Assembly: GCA_958296135.2 (NCBI GenBank)
Contig: CATQHZ020000001.1
Coordinates: 2,720,001 to 2,784,000, forward strand
Direction of reading: 5' to 3'
Source: an uncultured Poribacteria bacterium
Lineage (GTDB): Bacteria; Poribacteria; WGA-4E; WGA-3G
DNA: 64,000 bases
A model generated the notes under the pieces. That model did not search any database, was not told the origin of the DNA, and saw nothing but the letters and a program-made list of their open reading frames with translations. A program made the translations under genes and the position numbers. Of this stretch, positions 1 through 9,952 are shown one piece after another; position 1 is the stretch's first letter, and each line of letters begins with the position of its first letter.

Positions 1-31
1 TTGTTCCGTGTAAGGCCTATTAAAAAAAGGG

Positions 32-60
32 TTGCTTTTTTAGCGATTTTGCGGTATAAT
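32..60 (+). promoter_or_regulatory. sigma70-type promoter upstream of glnD
   Basis: TTGCTT(32-37)-N17-TATAAT(55-60). Confidence 0.7.
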
Positions 61-145
61 AATTGTGTTCATGACAGACCCAAAATCCGCTAGAGGCCGC
101 TAGAGGCAGTTGCAGCAAACTGGGTATAACCCGCCGCTTGCGACA

Positions 146-181
146 CCGTAGCGCGAGGGAACGAGAAGACCTGGCCCTCGC
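146..181 (+). repeat. GTAG-type REP palindrome, family A (CCGTAG[C/T/G]GCGAGGG...CCCTCG)
   Basis: CCGTAGCGCGAGGG...CCCTCGC. Related copies at ~6954, 8875, 15439, 17488, 17539, 20578, 30176, 40215, 40265, 41213, 52732, 58461. Confidence 0.8.
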
Positions 182-232
182 AAAGTTTCATCGTCATCAG
201 AACCACTTATTGGAAATCCTGCAAACCCGTGA

Positions 233-2971
233 TTGAAAATGGAAAACCGAATTAACTCATACGTTCCAGACTTGAACGTCCCTTTTAACGAGTTGCAAAA
301 ACAACTTACCGCTTTCATCCAAGACGAACGGGCGCAGCTCAAAACCTGCATCCTCAAAGGTGAAAGCGGGCTTGCCGCATGTACCCAGCATACGCAGATG
401 TGGGACATGGTCCTCCAGAAAGTTTACAACGGCGCCTTTCATCAAATCCAGACCGAGTTTGTTAACCAGATCGAAGAGCTCGCCAAACTCGGCGATAGCG
501 AGATAGCCGAACTGCTGTCAGATCTGACGGGGCCTTGGACCCCTGATATTGCTCTATACGCTGTCGGCAGCTACGGACGGCAGGAACTCTGCTACTATTC
601 AGATCTGGACGTTGTCTACACTTCCGCCGTAGACCTCGAGGAAGTCTACGATGAACGAACGCTGGAGCTCATCCGCTGGTTCTACGATTTCTTTGATAGC
701 CTCCACTCTGTCATTCCGGGATTTGAATTTAGTTTCATCTACCGGCCGATAAGCGAAATTCATCAGTGGAACTATCAGGACATGACCGCGCTCATCGATA
801 TGCGGTTCATCGCCGGGGACGCTATTCTCACCGACCGGTTTAAGCAAGCGGTGCAGGAAGAAAAATGTGACATTTCTCTTGTCCTTGACCTGCTGAAATC
901 GCGGGAGAGCACATTGCAGACAGCCGATGACACGATTTACCTGAACCAGCCGAACATCAAGACAGGACGCGGCGGATTGCGAACCCTCCAGTATGCACTT
1001 TGGATGTATGGCCTCGCTGGATTCACGCCGATCACCGAACTCTATAAACGTTTTCATGATGACGAACTGGAGCCCGCGCTCGATTTTGTCCTGAAAGCGC
1101 GGAACCTGCTCCACGTTTTTGCCAATGAAGAGCACGATGTACTGTCCTATGAACCCGAAACCGGCGACCGGATGCAAGCCCGGGTCGCCGCTGCGTTAGG
1201 ATATGCTGGCGAAATAGCAGCAGACCCGGACGAACCCCCCGATGAATGTCGGTACGCATTTATGGCAGATTACTACGCGAAAGCAAAGTATTTGCACTTC
1301 AAAGCGGAACTGTTGATTCGGCGGCTCCTCGCCAACGGCATTCCGTTCTCGGAAGTCCTCGGCGTTCGCAGAGATCTACTTTACTGCATCGATAATAACT
1401 TCGGCGAATTGGATATCGACGAACTGTTTGAGTTGTTCGCCTACTTCCAGCAATATGATTTTGAAATTGATGCCTCGCTTTCCAGCTTCATTTTCTCCTA
1501 CATTGCCGCGTTTGACCTGGACCGGTTCCGGAACCGGATGGCAGAGTTGATGAACCTGCCGGGCGATGTGGAAAAGAGTTTAACCCGGTTGCACCGGCTC
1601 GGCATTCTCGCGCGGCTTGGGGAAGGCGGGAAACGGTTTGAACAGGCGATGCTCACGCGCAGCGAACGCAGTCAAGACCCTTACACTGTCGGCAAGCACA
1701 CGCTTGTTGCGATAGGGTATCTCGATGAAATCCGCCAAACGGAGACGAGTAGCCCCTTTGGTGGCGCGCGCCAAGGGTGGGCAGCACCAGGCCCATCGGC
1801 ATCGCCCGCGAACACTGAGTTAGAGGAACTGAACACCGTTTTCAAGTCACTCTCGGACGCAGGTCTGCTTTACATGGCACTCTTTCTGCACGATATTGAT
1901 AAACCCGATCCGCGGCATCCGGAAACAGGCGCGGAGAAGGCGAAACGTATCGCCCCCGAATTCGGGTTCAACGCGCAGCAGACAGATGAAATCTGCTTCC
2001 TCATTCGGGAACACCTTGCTATGATTTCCCTCGCGCGCTATCATCAGTGGGAGGAAAGCACCATCGCCGAGTTTTGCCAAAAGGTCAACACGCTGGAGCG
2101 TTTGTCCGCGCTCTATCTGCTCACTTACTGCGATTCTAAAGCGAACGGGCCGCAAAACTTCAACAATCTCGTCAAGCATAACCTGAAGCGGTTGTATGAA
2201 GTCGTCCGGAGCCGCTATGTGGGACAAGAGGAGGCGCAGTGGGGTGCCTACGCGCCGCCGGAAGAGTTCCAGCAGTTCTTGCAGCAGATGCCTGTCTCCT
2301 ATCGCATCAGTCTCGCCCCCGAAGAGATTGCGATGCACATGAAGATGGTGGCACAGGCAGAATCAGGTAAGACACCGGAGTCGGAAACGGACGCGAGCAC
2401 CGCTATCATCCAATTTGTCGATGAGCCCGGCTTTACGGAGTTGCATCTATGTGGGAGGAAGCGCATCGGCAGGTTGTACACGGTGAGTGGGCTGTTTTTT
2501 GCGAATAACATTGATGTCCGCGACGCACGCGTCTACCCCAAACAAGACACGGCGATAGAATTGGAAATCTACCGGCTGGTGCATCAGCCGCCGCATCTGC
2601 GCGGGGAACCGATGCCGCTGGATGAGGAAATGAAGCGCAACCTCGATTTTGACATCCGAACCCTCTTGGCACAGGAAGTCACGCTGGAGCAGATTTTCGA
2701 GCGGCACTACGTGAGCCCAACTGGCACGTGGCGGGTTGACGATGTGCGCGTGGAAATGGCGCGAAGTTACACCGAAATCGTCGTCAAAGCCGAGGAAAAG
2801 TTGGGATTTCTCCACTATTTTAGCGGCATCCTCGCAAAACTGGGGCTGAATGTTGATATGTGCAAGTGCTCCGCCCTCGGTGGGCAAGCCGTTGATCGGT
2901 TTTACGTTCAACCGGTCGCGGATACCCGCACCCTGCACGAGCAAATCCTTGCGGAATTACAAGAGGAATAA
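233..2971 (+). CDS. glnD: PII uridylyltransferase/uridylyl-removing enzyme (NTase + HD + ACT-like)
   Basis: AVGSYGRQELCYYSDLDV NTase motif, QPNIKTGRGGLR, YTVGKHTL...LHDIDK HD motif, C-terminal ACT-like region. An ATG at 239 is an alternative start. Confidence 0.85.
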   Translation: MKMENRINSYVPDLNVPFNELQKQLTAFIQDERAQLKTCILKGESGLAACTQHTQMWDMVLQKVYNGAFHQIQTEFVNQIEELAKLGDSEIAELLSDLTGPWTPDIALYAVGSYGRQELCYYSDLDVVYTSAVDLEEVYDERTLELIRWFYDFFDSLHSVIPGFEFSFIYRPISEIHQWNYQDMTALIDMRFIAGDAILTDRFKQAVQEEKCDISLVLDLLKSRESTLQTADDTIYLNQPNIKTGRGGLRTLQYALWMYGLAGFTPITELYKRFHDDELEPALDFVLKARNLLHVFANEEHDVLSYEPETGDRMQARVAAALGYAGEIAADPDEPPDECRYAFMADYYAKAKYLHFKAELLIRRLLANGIPFSEVLGVRRDLLYCIDNNFGELDIDELFELFAYFQQYDFEIDASLSSFIFSYIAAFDLDRFRNRMAELMNLPGDVEKSLTRLHRLGILARLGEGGKRFEQAMLTRSERSQDPYTVGKHTLVAIGYLDEIRQTETSSPFGGARQGWAAPGPSASPANTELEELNTVFKSLSDAGLLYMALFLHDIDKPDPRHPETGAEKAKRIAPEFGFNAQQTDEICFLIREHLAMISLARYHQWEESTIAEFCQKVNTLERLSALYLLTYCDSKANGPQNFNNLVKHNLKRLYEVVRSRYVGQEEAQWGAYAPPEEFQQFLQQMPVSYRISLAPEEIAMHMKMVAQAESGKTPESETDASTAIIQFVDEPGFTELHLCGRKRIGRLYTVSGLFFANNIDVRDARVYPKQDTAIELEIYRLVHQPPHLRGEPMPLDEEMKRNLDFDIRTLLAQEVTLEQIFERHYVSPTGTWRVDDVRVEMARSYTEIVVKAEEKLGFLHYFSGILAKLGLNVDMCKCSALGGQAVDRFYVQPVADTRTLHEQILAELQEE

Positions 2972-2974
2972 GAA

Positions 2975-3556
2975 ATGAATGCACTTGAAACTTCGCAATT
3001 CGTTCCAGAAAAACTTCCGCCTAGCCTGCCAGGCGAAAATGTCACCATGACGTTGGAGGAATTCCTTGCCAGCGATTTAGAAGGATACGAATACGTTAAA
3101 GGAGAATTAGTCCCAATGCCACCCACTTCAATGGAACATGGCGAGATTAGCACCAACGTTGATTGGTACCTGCAATCGCATGTGCGTGCGAATCAGTTGG
3201 GGCGTATCTATACCTCCGACACGGCGTTTCAAGTAGGCGAACGCATGCTAATCCCCGATGTGGCGTTTTTGTCAAATGCAAAAATGCCCGATGACCTGAG
3301 CAAGGCGTTCCCGATTCCGCCGAACCTCGCGGTTGAAGTGGCTTCTCCATCGGACGTGCTGGCACGCGTCGCCGAAAAAGCACTCACCTACTTGCAGGCA
3401 GGCACGCAACTCGTCTGGGTGATTGAACCGGTCGCGCAAATGGTGCTAGTTTACCGCTCCGAAACAGATATCAAGGTGCTCACGCGCAACGACACCCTCA
3501 CCGGTGAGGATGTCGTTGAAGGTTTCGCTTGTAAGGTGGCGCAACTTTTTGAATAG
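2975..3556 (+). CDS. Uma2/DUF820 family PD-(D/E)XK endonuclease-like protein
   Basis: YEYVKGELVPM..., PDVAF, PNLAVEVASPSD, YLQAGTQLVWVIEP. Confidence 0.85.
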   Translation: MNALETSQFVPEKLPPSLPGENVTMTLEEFLASDLEGYEYVKGELVPMPPTSMEHGEISTNVDWYLQSHVRANQLGRIYTSDTAFQVGERMLIPDVAFLSNAKMPDDLSKAFPIPPNLAVEVASPSDVLARVAEKALTYLQAGTQLVWVIEPVAQMVLVYRSETDIKVLTRNDTLTGEDVVEGFACKVAQLFE

Positions 3557-3569
3557 CAGGGTAGAAATT

Positions 3570-4331
3570 ATGAAGCAACGTGTCCTCATCACAGGCGCAG
3601 CCGGCAAAGTTGGCTCCGCGCTCTGGCAAGCATGGGAAAGACAGGATACCTACACGCTCACTTTGATGGACATCAACCCGATTGAAGGAGCGATGTCCCG
3701 CGTGGAACAGGCAGATATGCGTGACTACGTCGCCATGAAGAAATTGTGCCAAGCACAAGATGTCCTCGTGCATCTCGCTTATGTGCGCCAAGAGTCACTT
3801 GGAAAGGTGCCGTGTGAAGTCAGCGACATCGGTGCATCGATGACGTTGTTTGAAGCGGCGCGAGAGGGCGGCGTTCAGAAAATCGTCTACGCCAGCACCA
3901 ATCATGTCTCCGGCTGGAATGAGCGGTTGAGTTCGCCGCCGAGGTTCTCCACCGGTGCCCAGTTTCGCCCGGATGGCTGGTATGGCGCAATGAAAGGCAT
4001 GGCGGAAATCGCCGGCCGCTACCTCGTTGACGCGCACGGGATGCGGTTCATTAGCATCCGCATCGGCAGTTTTAACGGCACTTCGGAACCGAGCGGTATC
4101 CGCCACTGCAGCACCCTCCTCACACCGCGTGATTGTGTGCAACTCTTCGGGCTCGCAGTGGATTACGAAGGTCCGGTGAAATACCTGATTACCTACGGCC
4201 GCTCCGCGAATTCGGATGGGTATCAGCAGAGTTATCTTGATATCAGCGGCGCAGTTGAGGTGTTAGGCTATCAGCCGCAAGACAACCTAGTCAAGACGCA
4301 TCTGCACAAGTTTTTGAACAGCGAATTATGA
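3570..4331 (+). CDS. NAD-dependent epimerase/dehydratase (uronate dehydrogenase-like)
   Basis: VLITGAAGKVG Rossmann motif, YASTNH, YGAMK (YxxxK). Start trimmed to ATG 3570. Confidence 0.8.
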   Translation: MKQRVLITGAAGKVGSALWQAWERQDTYTLTLMDINPIEGAMSRVEQADMRDYVAMKKLCQAQDVLVHLAYVRQESLGKVPCEVSDIGASMTLFEAAREGGVQKIVYASTNHVSGWNERLSSPPRFSTGAQFRPDGWYGAMKGMAEIAGRYLVDAHGMRFISIRIGSFNGTSEPSGIRHCSTLLTPRDCVQLFGLAVDYEGPVKYLITYGRSANSDGYQQSYLDISGAVEVLGYQPQDNLVKTHLHKFLNSEL

Positions 4332-5098
4332 ACGAAGAACCGCGCTACAACCACATCTATTATCAATCCACGACGGTTCACTCTCAACTCATTGACATCG
4401 TCGGTGAGACAGCAACCGCGCTCAGCGAGGTGCAAGCCCCGATTGACTGGCACGCACTTTTCGGGAACGCGTGCCCGGTAGAAATTGAGATTGGCAGCGG
4501 CAAAGGGAGGTTCCTCCTAGAGGTATCAAAGCAGCACCCTGCGATTAACTACATCGGCATCGAACGCGCGCAAAAATATGTGGAACTGACGCGGGAACGG
4601 TTCCAGAAATACATGCGGCATAATGAGGCATCCTTGCATTTAGCCAAGGCACCCCCCGCGCCAGCCAATACGCAGCCAAACACACCCTGCCAGCGAACAC
4701 TGGGTGCCGATACCCCAAAATTCACGAATGTCCGCCTCGTATGGACAGATGCCACTTACTTTTTAACACGGTATGTGCCAACCGAATCTGTGCAGGCATA
4801 TCACATTTATTTTCCAGACCCGTGGCCGAAAAAGCGGCAACGAAAACGGCGAATTTTTCGGAATCAGGATTTCCTAGCTGCGCTGGCACGAACCTTGAGT
4901 GCAGGTGGCAAACTCTACGTTGTGACAGATTACGCGGAATATTTCGCCGAACTCCAAGAACGGATTTCACAACAATCGCCGTTGCAACGTGTAACGCTGG
5001 AGCTGCCGCCTGAGGAACACCACATTCCTACCAACTTTGAACTGAAGTATCTCGCGGAAGGCAGACAGATTTATCGGGCGGTTTACGAGAAGAGGTGA
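4328..5098 (+). CDS. trmB: tRNA (guanine-N7)-methyltransferase
   Basis: EIGSGKG, NYIGIE, YFPDPWPKKR, TD...Y, TNFELKY. Carries a ~33-aa extra segment. Confidence 0.9.
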   Translation: MNEEPRYNHIYYQSTTVHSQLIDIVGETATALSEVQAPIDWHALFGNACPVEIEIGSGKGRFLLEVSKQHPAINYIGIERAQKYVELTRERFQKYMRHNEASLHLAKAPPAPANTQPNTPCQRTLGADTPKFTNVRLVWTDATYFLTRYVPTESVQAYHIYFPDPWPKKRQRKRRIFRNQDFLAALARTLSAGGKLYVVTDYAEYFAELQERISQQSPLQRVTLELPPEEHHIPTNFELKYLAEGRQIYRAVYEKR

Positions 5099-5102
5099 GC
5101 AG

Positions 5103-6926
5103 ATGGGCACTCAAGCGAAACTGTGGCAATCCCTCCCGGACGCGCCGGGGATTTATCTGATGAAAGCCTCTGATGGCACCGTCATCTATGTCGGTAAGGC
5201 ACTGCGCTTGCAGCAACGGGTGCGCTCCTATTATCAACGAAAGGGGACTTCGCTACCCACGACTGTGCAACTCATGCGATACGTCACGGAGATTGATTGT
5301 ATCGTGACAGAGACAGAAATTGATGCACTCATTCTGGAAAGCAACCTGATTAAGGCGCATCAGCCGCGCTACAACGTGAAACTGAAGGATGACAAGCGTT
5401 ATCCGTATCTGCGGGTGACGGTGAATGAGCCGTTCCCACGGATTCACATCACGCGCAATGCCGAAAACGATGGCACGCGGTATTTCGGTCCGTTCGTGCG
5501 CGTCCGCTCCACACGCCAGACGATGAAACAGTTGACGAAAATCTTCCCCATCCGCACGTGCAACCTGCCCCTTGCGGAGATAGGCAACCGATACCGGGTC
5601 TGCTTAGATTACCACATTGGGCGGTGTCCGGGGCCCTGCGCTGATAGAATCAGCGGGCAGGATTACAGCGAGATAGTTCAGAAAGTGTGCCAGTTCCTCG
5701 GTGGCAAGACAGATGCTGTCGTTAACCAATTGAAACAGCAGATGCAAGCCGCCGCCGCAGCACTCGATTTTGAGACAGCGGCAAAATATCGAGATACGCT
5801 CAACGACGTGCAACAGGCGATTACGACGCAGAGTCTGGATAACGTATCAGCAACAGATGAGGATGTCCTCGGGATTGCAGCGAAAAACGATGTCGCTTGT
5901 GTGCAGATATTGCGGGTGCGCGATGGAAAACTTCTTGAACGCGAGCATTACTACCTCAACGATGCGAACCCTGATTCACCCGCCGCTGCATTAGCCGCTT
6001 TCGTTAAGCAGTATTATCAGAACGCGGTCTTCGTGCCAAAGACAATTGCCTTGCCAACGCCGATTGAATCTGTGGAACTTATTGAGAAGTGGCTTACTGA
6101 AAAACGCGGCAACCGGGTCACGCTGCATGTGCCGAAAGCCGGGCGACTGCGACGCTTAGTGGCGATGGCGATGAAAAATGCCGACATTATCGTGACGCAA
6201 CACGAACAAAACGTGGTGTATAGCAGCGGCACGCATCCCGCGCTCGCCGAATTACAAGAACTGCTTGACTTGCCACAGCCGCTGCGGCGCATTGAAGCAT
6301 TTGACATCTCCAATCTCGGAGACCGGTTTGCCGTGGGTTCCATGGTAGTCATGGAGGATGGCGAGCCAGCTTCGGCGGAGTATCGGCGGTTTAAGATTCG
6401 CACCGTCAAGGGCCAGAACGATTTCGCGATGCTGAATGAAATGCTGACTCGCCGACTCCACCGAGCCGTCACACAAGACGAAAAATTTAGCAAATTGCCA
6501 GACCTGATGTTAATTGATGGTGGAAAAGGGCAGCTGAGTGCCGCGCAAGCCGCCATGCGTGCTTATGAAGCGCGCTTACCGCAAAAGATACCGATGATTG
6601 CACTTGCCAAACGGATTGAGGAGATTTTTGTGCCGGGGAAACCAGAACCGATAGTCCTGCGCAAGGATAACCCAACCCTGCATCTCATCCAGCGGTTACG
6701 AGATGAAGCGCATCGGTTCGCCGTGACGTATCATCGTAAACTCCGACAGAAGGCACTCAGCAAGTCGGTGTTAGACGAAATTCCAGACATCGGCCCGAAG
6801 CGGAAGCAGGCATTGCTCCAGCATTTCGGCTCGGTTGATGCGATTCGGGAGGCGAGTTTAGATGAACTTCTGTCTGTAAAAGGCATTCCGCGCCGCGTCG
6901 CCGAAAGACTCCGAAAGCATCTCTAG
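5103..6926 (+). CDS. uvrC: Excinuclease ABC subunit C
   Basis: PGIYLM...YVGKA GIY-YIG, KDDKRYPY, IEAFDISN, PDLMLIDGGKGQL, RDEAHRFA, C-terminal HhH. Confidence 0.97.
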   Translation: MGTQAKLWQSLPDAPGIYLMKASDGTVIYVGKALRLQQRVRSYYQRKGTSLPTTVQLMRYVTEIDCIVTETEIDALILESNLIKAHQPRYNVKLKDDKRYPYLRVTVNEPFPRIHITRNAENDGTRYFGPFVRVRSTRQTMKQLTKIFPIRTCNLPLAEIGNRYRVCLDYHIGRCPGPCADRISGQDYSEIVQKVCQFLGGKTDAVVNQLKQQMQAAAAALDFETAAKYRDTLNDVQQAITTQSLDNVSATDEDVLGIAAKNDVACVQILRVRDGKLLEREHYYLNDANPDSPAAALAAFVKQYYQNAVFVPKTIALPTPIESVELIEKWLTEKRGNRVTLHVPKAGRLRRLVAMAMKNADIIVTQHEQNVVYSSGTHPALAELQELLDLPQPLRRIEAFDISNLGDRFAVGSMVVMEDGEPASAEYRRFKIRTVKGQNDFAMLNEMLTRRLHRAVTQDEKFSKLPDLMLIDGGKGQLSAAQAAMRAYEARLPQKIPMIALAKRIEEIFVPGKPEPIVLRKDNPTLHLIQRLRDEAHRFAVTYHRKLRQKALSKSVLDEIPDIGPKRKQALLQHFGSVDAIREASLDELLSVKGIPRRVAERLRKHL

Positions 6927-6953
6927 GAACAATGAAGCTGCCCGTGAACAATA

Positions 6954-6982
6954 CCGTAGCGCGAGGGAAAACCTGTCCCTCG
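6954..6982 (+). repeat. REP family A copy
   Basis: CCGTAGCGCGAGGGAAAACCTGTCCCTCG; nearly identical inverted copy at 15439-15468. Confidence 0.8.
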
Positions 6983-7136
6983 TAATCTTTCAGTCAAAAC
7001 ATGACAGATTGCGATGGATACAATATGTTCACGTTTGCCGCAAAACTTTTTGCCCCAATTTGTGCTCTCGCACCCGGCGTTTTGCACGTAATTGTGCATC
7101 TGAAACTGAAAATGAGCACAAGCGCGCCGTTTTTGT

Positions 7137-7152
7137 TGGCACCTTTCTTGCA
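7137..7152 (+). promoter_or_regulatory. sigma54 (-24/-12) promoter
   Basis: TGGCAC-CTTTC-TTGCA is an exact match to TGGCAC-N5-TTGCW, ~80 bp upstream of the YibE/F gene. Confidence 0.65.
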
Positions 7153-7232
7153 ACTTACAAAAAATAAGAACCAAAAACGTAGTCATCGACAACGTCGATG
7201 ACAGATATACGGAAAGAGAGGTTATTGCCCCA

Positions 7233-9902
7233 ATGATGCTAATTGAACGCTTTGCGTCAATACGAAACATCAAAATCATCAGTATTCTGCTCATCCTGCT
7301 CAGCGTTGCCGTGTTGCATGTCAAACTCTATCGGTTCGCCGAGGTGACACACGACGGTGTCTTGCAGGTACTCGTCTGCCTCGGCCGCGTCGTTGCGATA
7401 GACACCAGCGACGAGGCAGACCAGGTTTTAACGTTCCGCATCCTCTCCGGGCAGTTTCGCGGCGAGACGGTCGCGGTAAATAACATCTGGACCGGGCGCG
7501 CCTTCGGAGATCGCGTGCTCAGCCGCGGCGATGTGCTGTTCCTCGATATCCCTCTCCGCGACCCGAGCAACCCCACGCTTGACAACGTCCGGATGCGCGA
7601 ATACTTCCGTACCCCGTTCCTGCTTTATCTCGCTGGCGCGCTCGGCGTGCTGATGCTCCTCGTTGCAGGCATGAAAGGGGTGCGCGCGATTTTGACGCTT
7701 TTTGTCACCGCACTCGCCGTGCTTTACCTGCTCGTTCCGTTGACTATCGCTGGTTATAACCCTATCGCCATCGCGCTCGGCATCGCCGCCTTGCTGACAT
7801 TGACGACGTTCGTCCTGATTACTGGTTTCAGCTTCAAAGTGGTCTCCGGTGTACTCGGCACACTTGGAGGCTTGGCAGCGGTGGGCGTGCTGTCTGTGCT
7901 CAGCCAACATGCGATGGTGCTGACTGGACTCGCGCAAGAATTCGGCTTCCTAGAGCTCGGCATCGCACTGTGGCGGACACCGGAATCGCATCACTGGAAT
8001 TTCACCGGCATCCTTTCCGCCGGCATCATCCTCGGTGCTGTCGGCGCAATGATGGATGTCAGCATGTCCATCTCCTCAAGTGTGCATGAAGTCAAACAGG
8101 TAAACCCAAACATCACCGTGCGGCAATCCATCCGTGCGGGGTTGAACGTCGGCCGCGATATTATGGGAACGATGGCGGATACGCTCATCTTCGCCTACCT
8201 CGGGGCGCACATGATGACGATGCTCCTCCCGCGCATCGATTTCCCAGAGGCGGGTGTCCTCTACCCCTTCCTCAGGCTTGTCAACGACGAAGCCACCGCG
8301 GTCGCCATCATCCAAGCCGTCGTTGGCACAATTGGATTGGTGCTAACAGTGCCGATTGCGGCGACGATAGCCGGATTCCTCACCCAATACGCGAAAGTAG
8401 ACAAAACCGATATTCACGAAGACCTGCCTTCAGAAGAGGAGTTAGAGGAACTTTTCCGTGCCGATAACCCGCGCAGCGCATCTCGCATCGCCGTGCCGAT
8501 TGCGATGGTGCTGGTGCTAGTCGGCACGACTTTTGTTTACCATCGCGTCCAACGGAATTCCGCCACGATTCGCGAACAACGCGACGAACAGGGAGGCATC
8601 CTCACGCAGTCGGAGTATGCGAAGGGCAAAGTTATCCGATTGCTGGAATCTAGTGGCGATTTCCTTTTTACCGTATCGGATGAGAATGTCACCGCCAATC
8701 TGGACAACCGCGTCTTTTCACCTGCTTTGCGAGAGGCGTTTGAAAAGCACAACATCCCTATTTCCAATGAGGTCACGGTTTCCATCAAGCCGTGGAAAGA
8801 CAGCCGCTGGCTTCTCTCCGATGAAAAATACGAGCAAACCTATAGTGTTCGCGCGCCCCCCTATTTCCCCAACACCGTAGCGCGAGGGCCTGTCTCTGGC
8901 GAACCCTCGGTCTCGCAATTGCATGTCTACGATACCAAGATCGAGCATCATATCCTTGAAGTTGAGATGCTAAGCGGCATGTATGAAGAACAACGCATCG
9001 TCCTCCGAAACATCGTCAATCATAACATGCCGTTGCTGAGCATCCCTGCGGAGCCGGGAGATATCGTGCTGTGCCGCGTTGGCGGAGACCCCGAGCGCAT
9101 CGGGCTTGTCAACATCGTCCAAGAATATGGACGCGATGGATTTTTGGTATGGATGGTAGGCGGGATGTTGCTGCTCATCATCCTCGTCGGTAGAATTGAG
9201 GGTATCCGCACAGCGGGTGCCATGCTGATTTCGGCAACGGTTATTTACTTTTTTATGCTGCCGCTCATCTCGCAAGGCGCGAACGCCGTGTTTATCGTGA
9301 CGCTCACCTCCGGCGCGATTGCGTTCGTATCGCTCGTGTTCGTCATCGGTCCGAGCCGGAAGACGTTTTCCGCGGTGCTCGGCACGATGGGCGGCATCCT
9401 CGTCGCTGGGCTCATCGTCCTCTTCGCGCAACAGCACCTCCATTTTTCTGGGTTAGAAAACGCCATTTCAGCGGACATCGTCGAAGCGACGCGCACGCCG
9501 CCGTTTGACTTCGTGCAAATTTTGCTGGCAGGGATGTTGATGGGGGTATTAGGCGTAGCCGTTGATGGTGCGATTGAAGTCGCATCCAGCATGGAAGAAA
9601 TCCGGCGCGCGAATCCGAACATGCCGACGTGGCGGCTCATCGCCTCTGGGCTCAACGTCGGCACCGATATCCTCGGCACGATGGTAAACACATTAGTGTT
9701 TGCGTATCTCGGCGTAGAGTTGCTGCTCGTCATCACGATAGCTGCGCCGAACCTAGACTTTTTCAAGTCGCCGCCGGCGCAGTTATTGAGCATCGGCGTA
9801 GTGTCAGCGGAGATTGTGCGGTTGTTGGCAGGGACGTTGGGATTGGTGTTGGCCATTCCGATCACGGCGATGATCTGCGCGTTTTGGAATCCGAAGCGGT
9901 AG
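7233..9902 (+). CDS. YibE/F family multi-pass membrane protein with two YibE/F domains
   Basis: Two repeats of GA(M/V)xDxxxxI(S/A)SS..E...NP...G(L)NVG(R/T)DI(M/L)GTM..TL(I/V)FAYLG. Confidence 0.85.
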   Translation: MMLIERFASIRNIKIISILLILLSVAVLHVKLYRFAEVTHDGVLQVLVCLGRVVAIDTSDEADQVLTFRILSGQFRGETVAVNNIWTGRAFGDRVLSRGDVLFLDIPLRDPSNPTLDNVRMREYFRTPFLLYLAGALGVLMLLVAGMKGVRAILTLFVTALAVLYLLVPLTIAGYNPIAIALGIAALLTLTTFVLITGFSFKVVSGVLGTLGGLAAVGVLSVLSQHAMVLTGLAQEFGFLELGIALWRTPESHHWNFTGILSAGIILGAVGAMMDVSMSISSSVHEVKQVNPNITVRQSIRAGLNVGRDIMGTMADTLIFAYLGAHMMTMLLPRIDFPEAGVLYPFLRLVNDEATAVAIIQAVVGTIGLVLTVPIAATIAGFLTQYAKVDKTDIHEDLPSEEELEELFRADNPRSASRIAVPIAMVLVLVGTTFVYHRVQRNSATIREQRDEQGGILTQSEYAKGKVIRLLESSGDFLFTVSDENVTANLDNRVFSPALREAFEKHNIPISNEVTVSIKPWKDSRWLLSDEKYEQTYSVRAPPYFPNTVARGPVSGEPSVSQLHVYDTKIEHHILEVEMLSGMYEEQRIVLRNIVNHNMPLLSIPAEPGDIVLCRVGGDPERIGLVNIVQEYGRDGFLVWMVGGMLLLIILVGRIEGIRTAGAMLISATVIYFFMLPLISQGANAVFIVTLTSGAIAFVSLVFVIGPSRKTFSAVLGTMGGILVAGLIVLFAQQHLHFSGLENAISADIVEATRTPPFDFVQILLAGMLMGVLGVAVDGAIEVASSMEEIRRANPNMPTWRLIASGLNVGTDILGTMVNTLVFAYLGVELLLVITIAAPNLDFFKSPPAQLLSIGVVSAEIVRLLAGTLGLVLAIPITAMICAFWNPKR

Positions 9903-9943
9903 AGGCGGTTTCCGCAGCGGAGGCTGCTCATCCGCTGCGGAAA
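9897..9943. repeat. GTAG-associated hairpin between convergent genes (possible terminator)
   Basis: CGGTAG supplies the stop codon, followed by TTTCCGCAGCGGA...TCCGCTGCGGAAA. Confidence 0.6.
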
Positions 9944-9952
9944 TGTGAAGGG

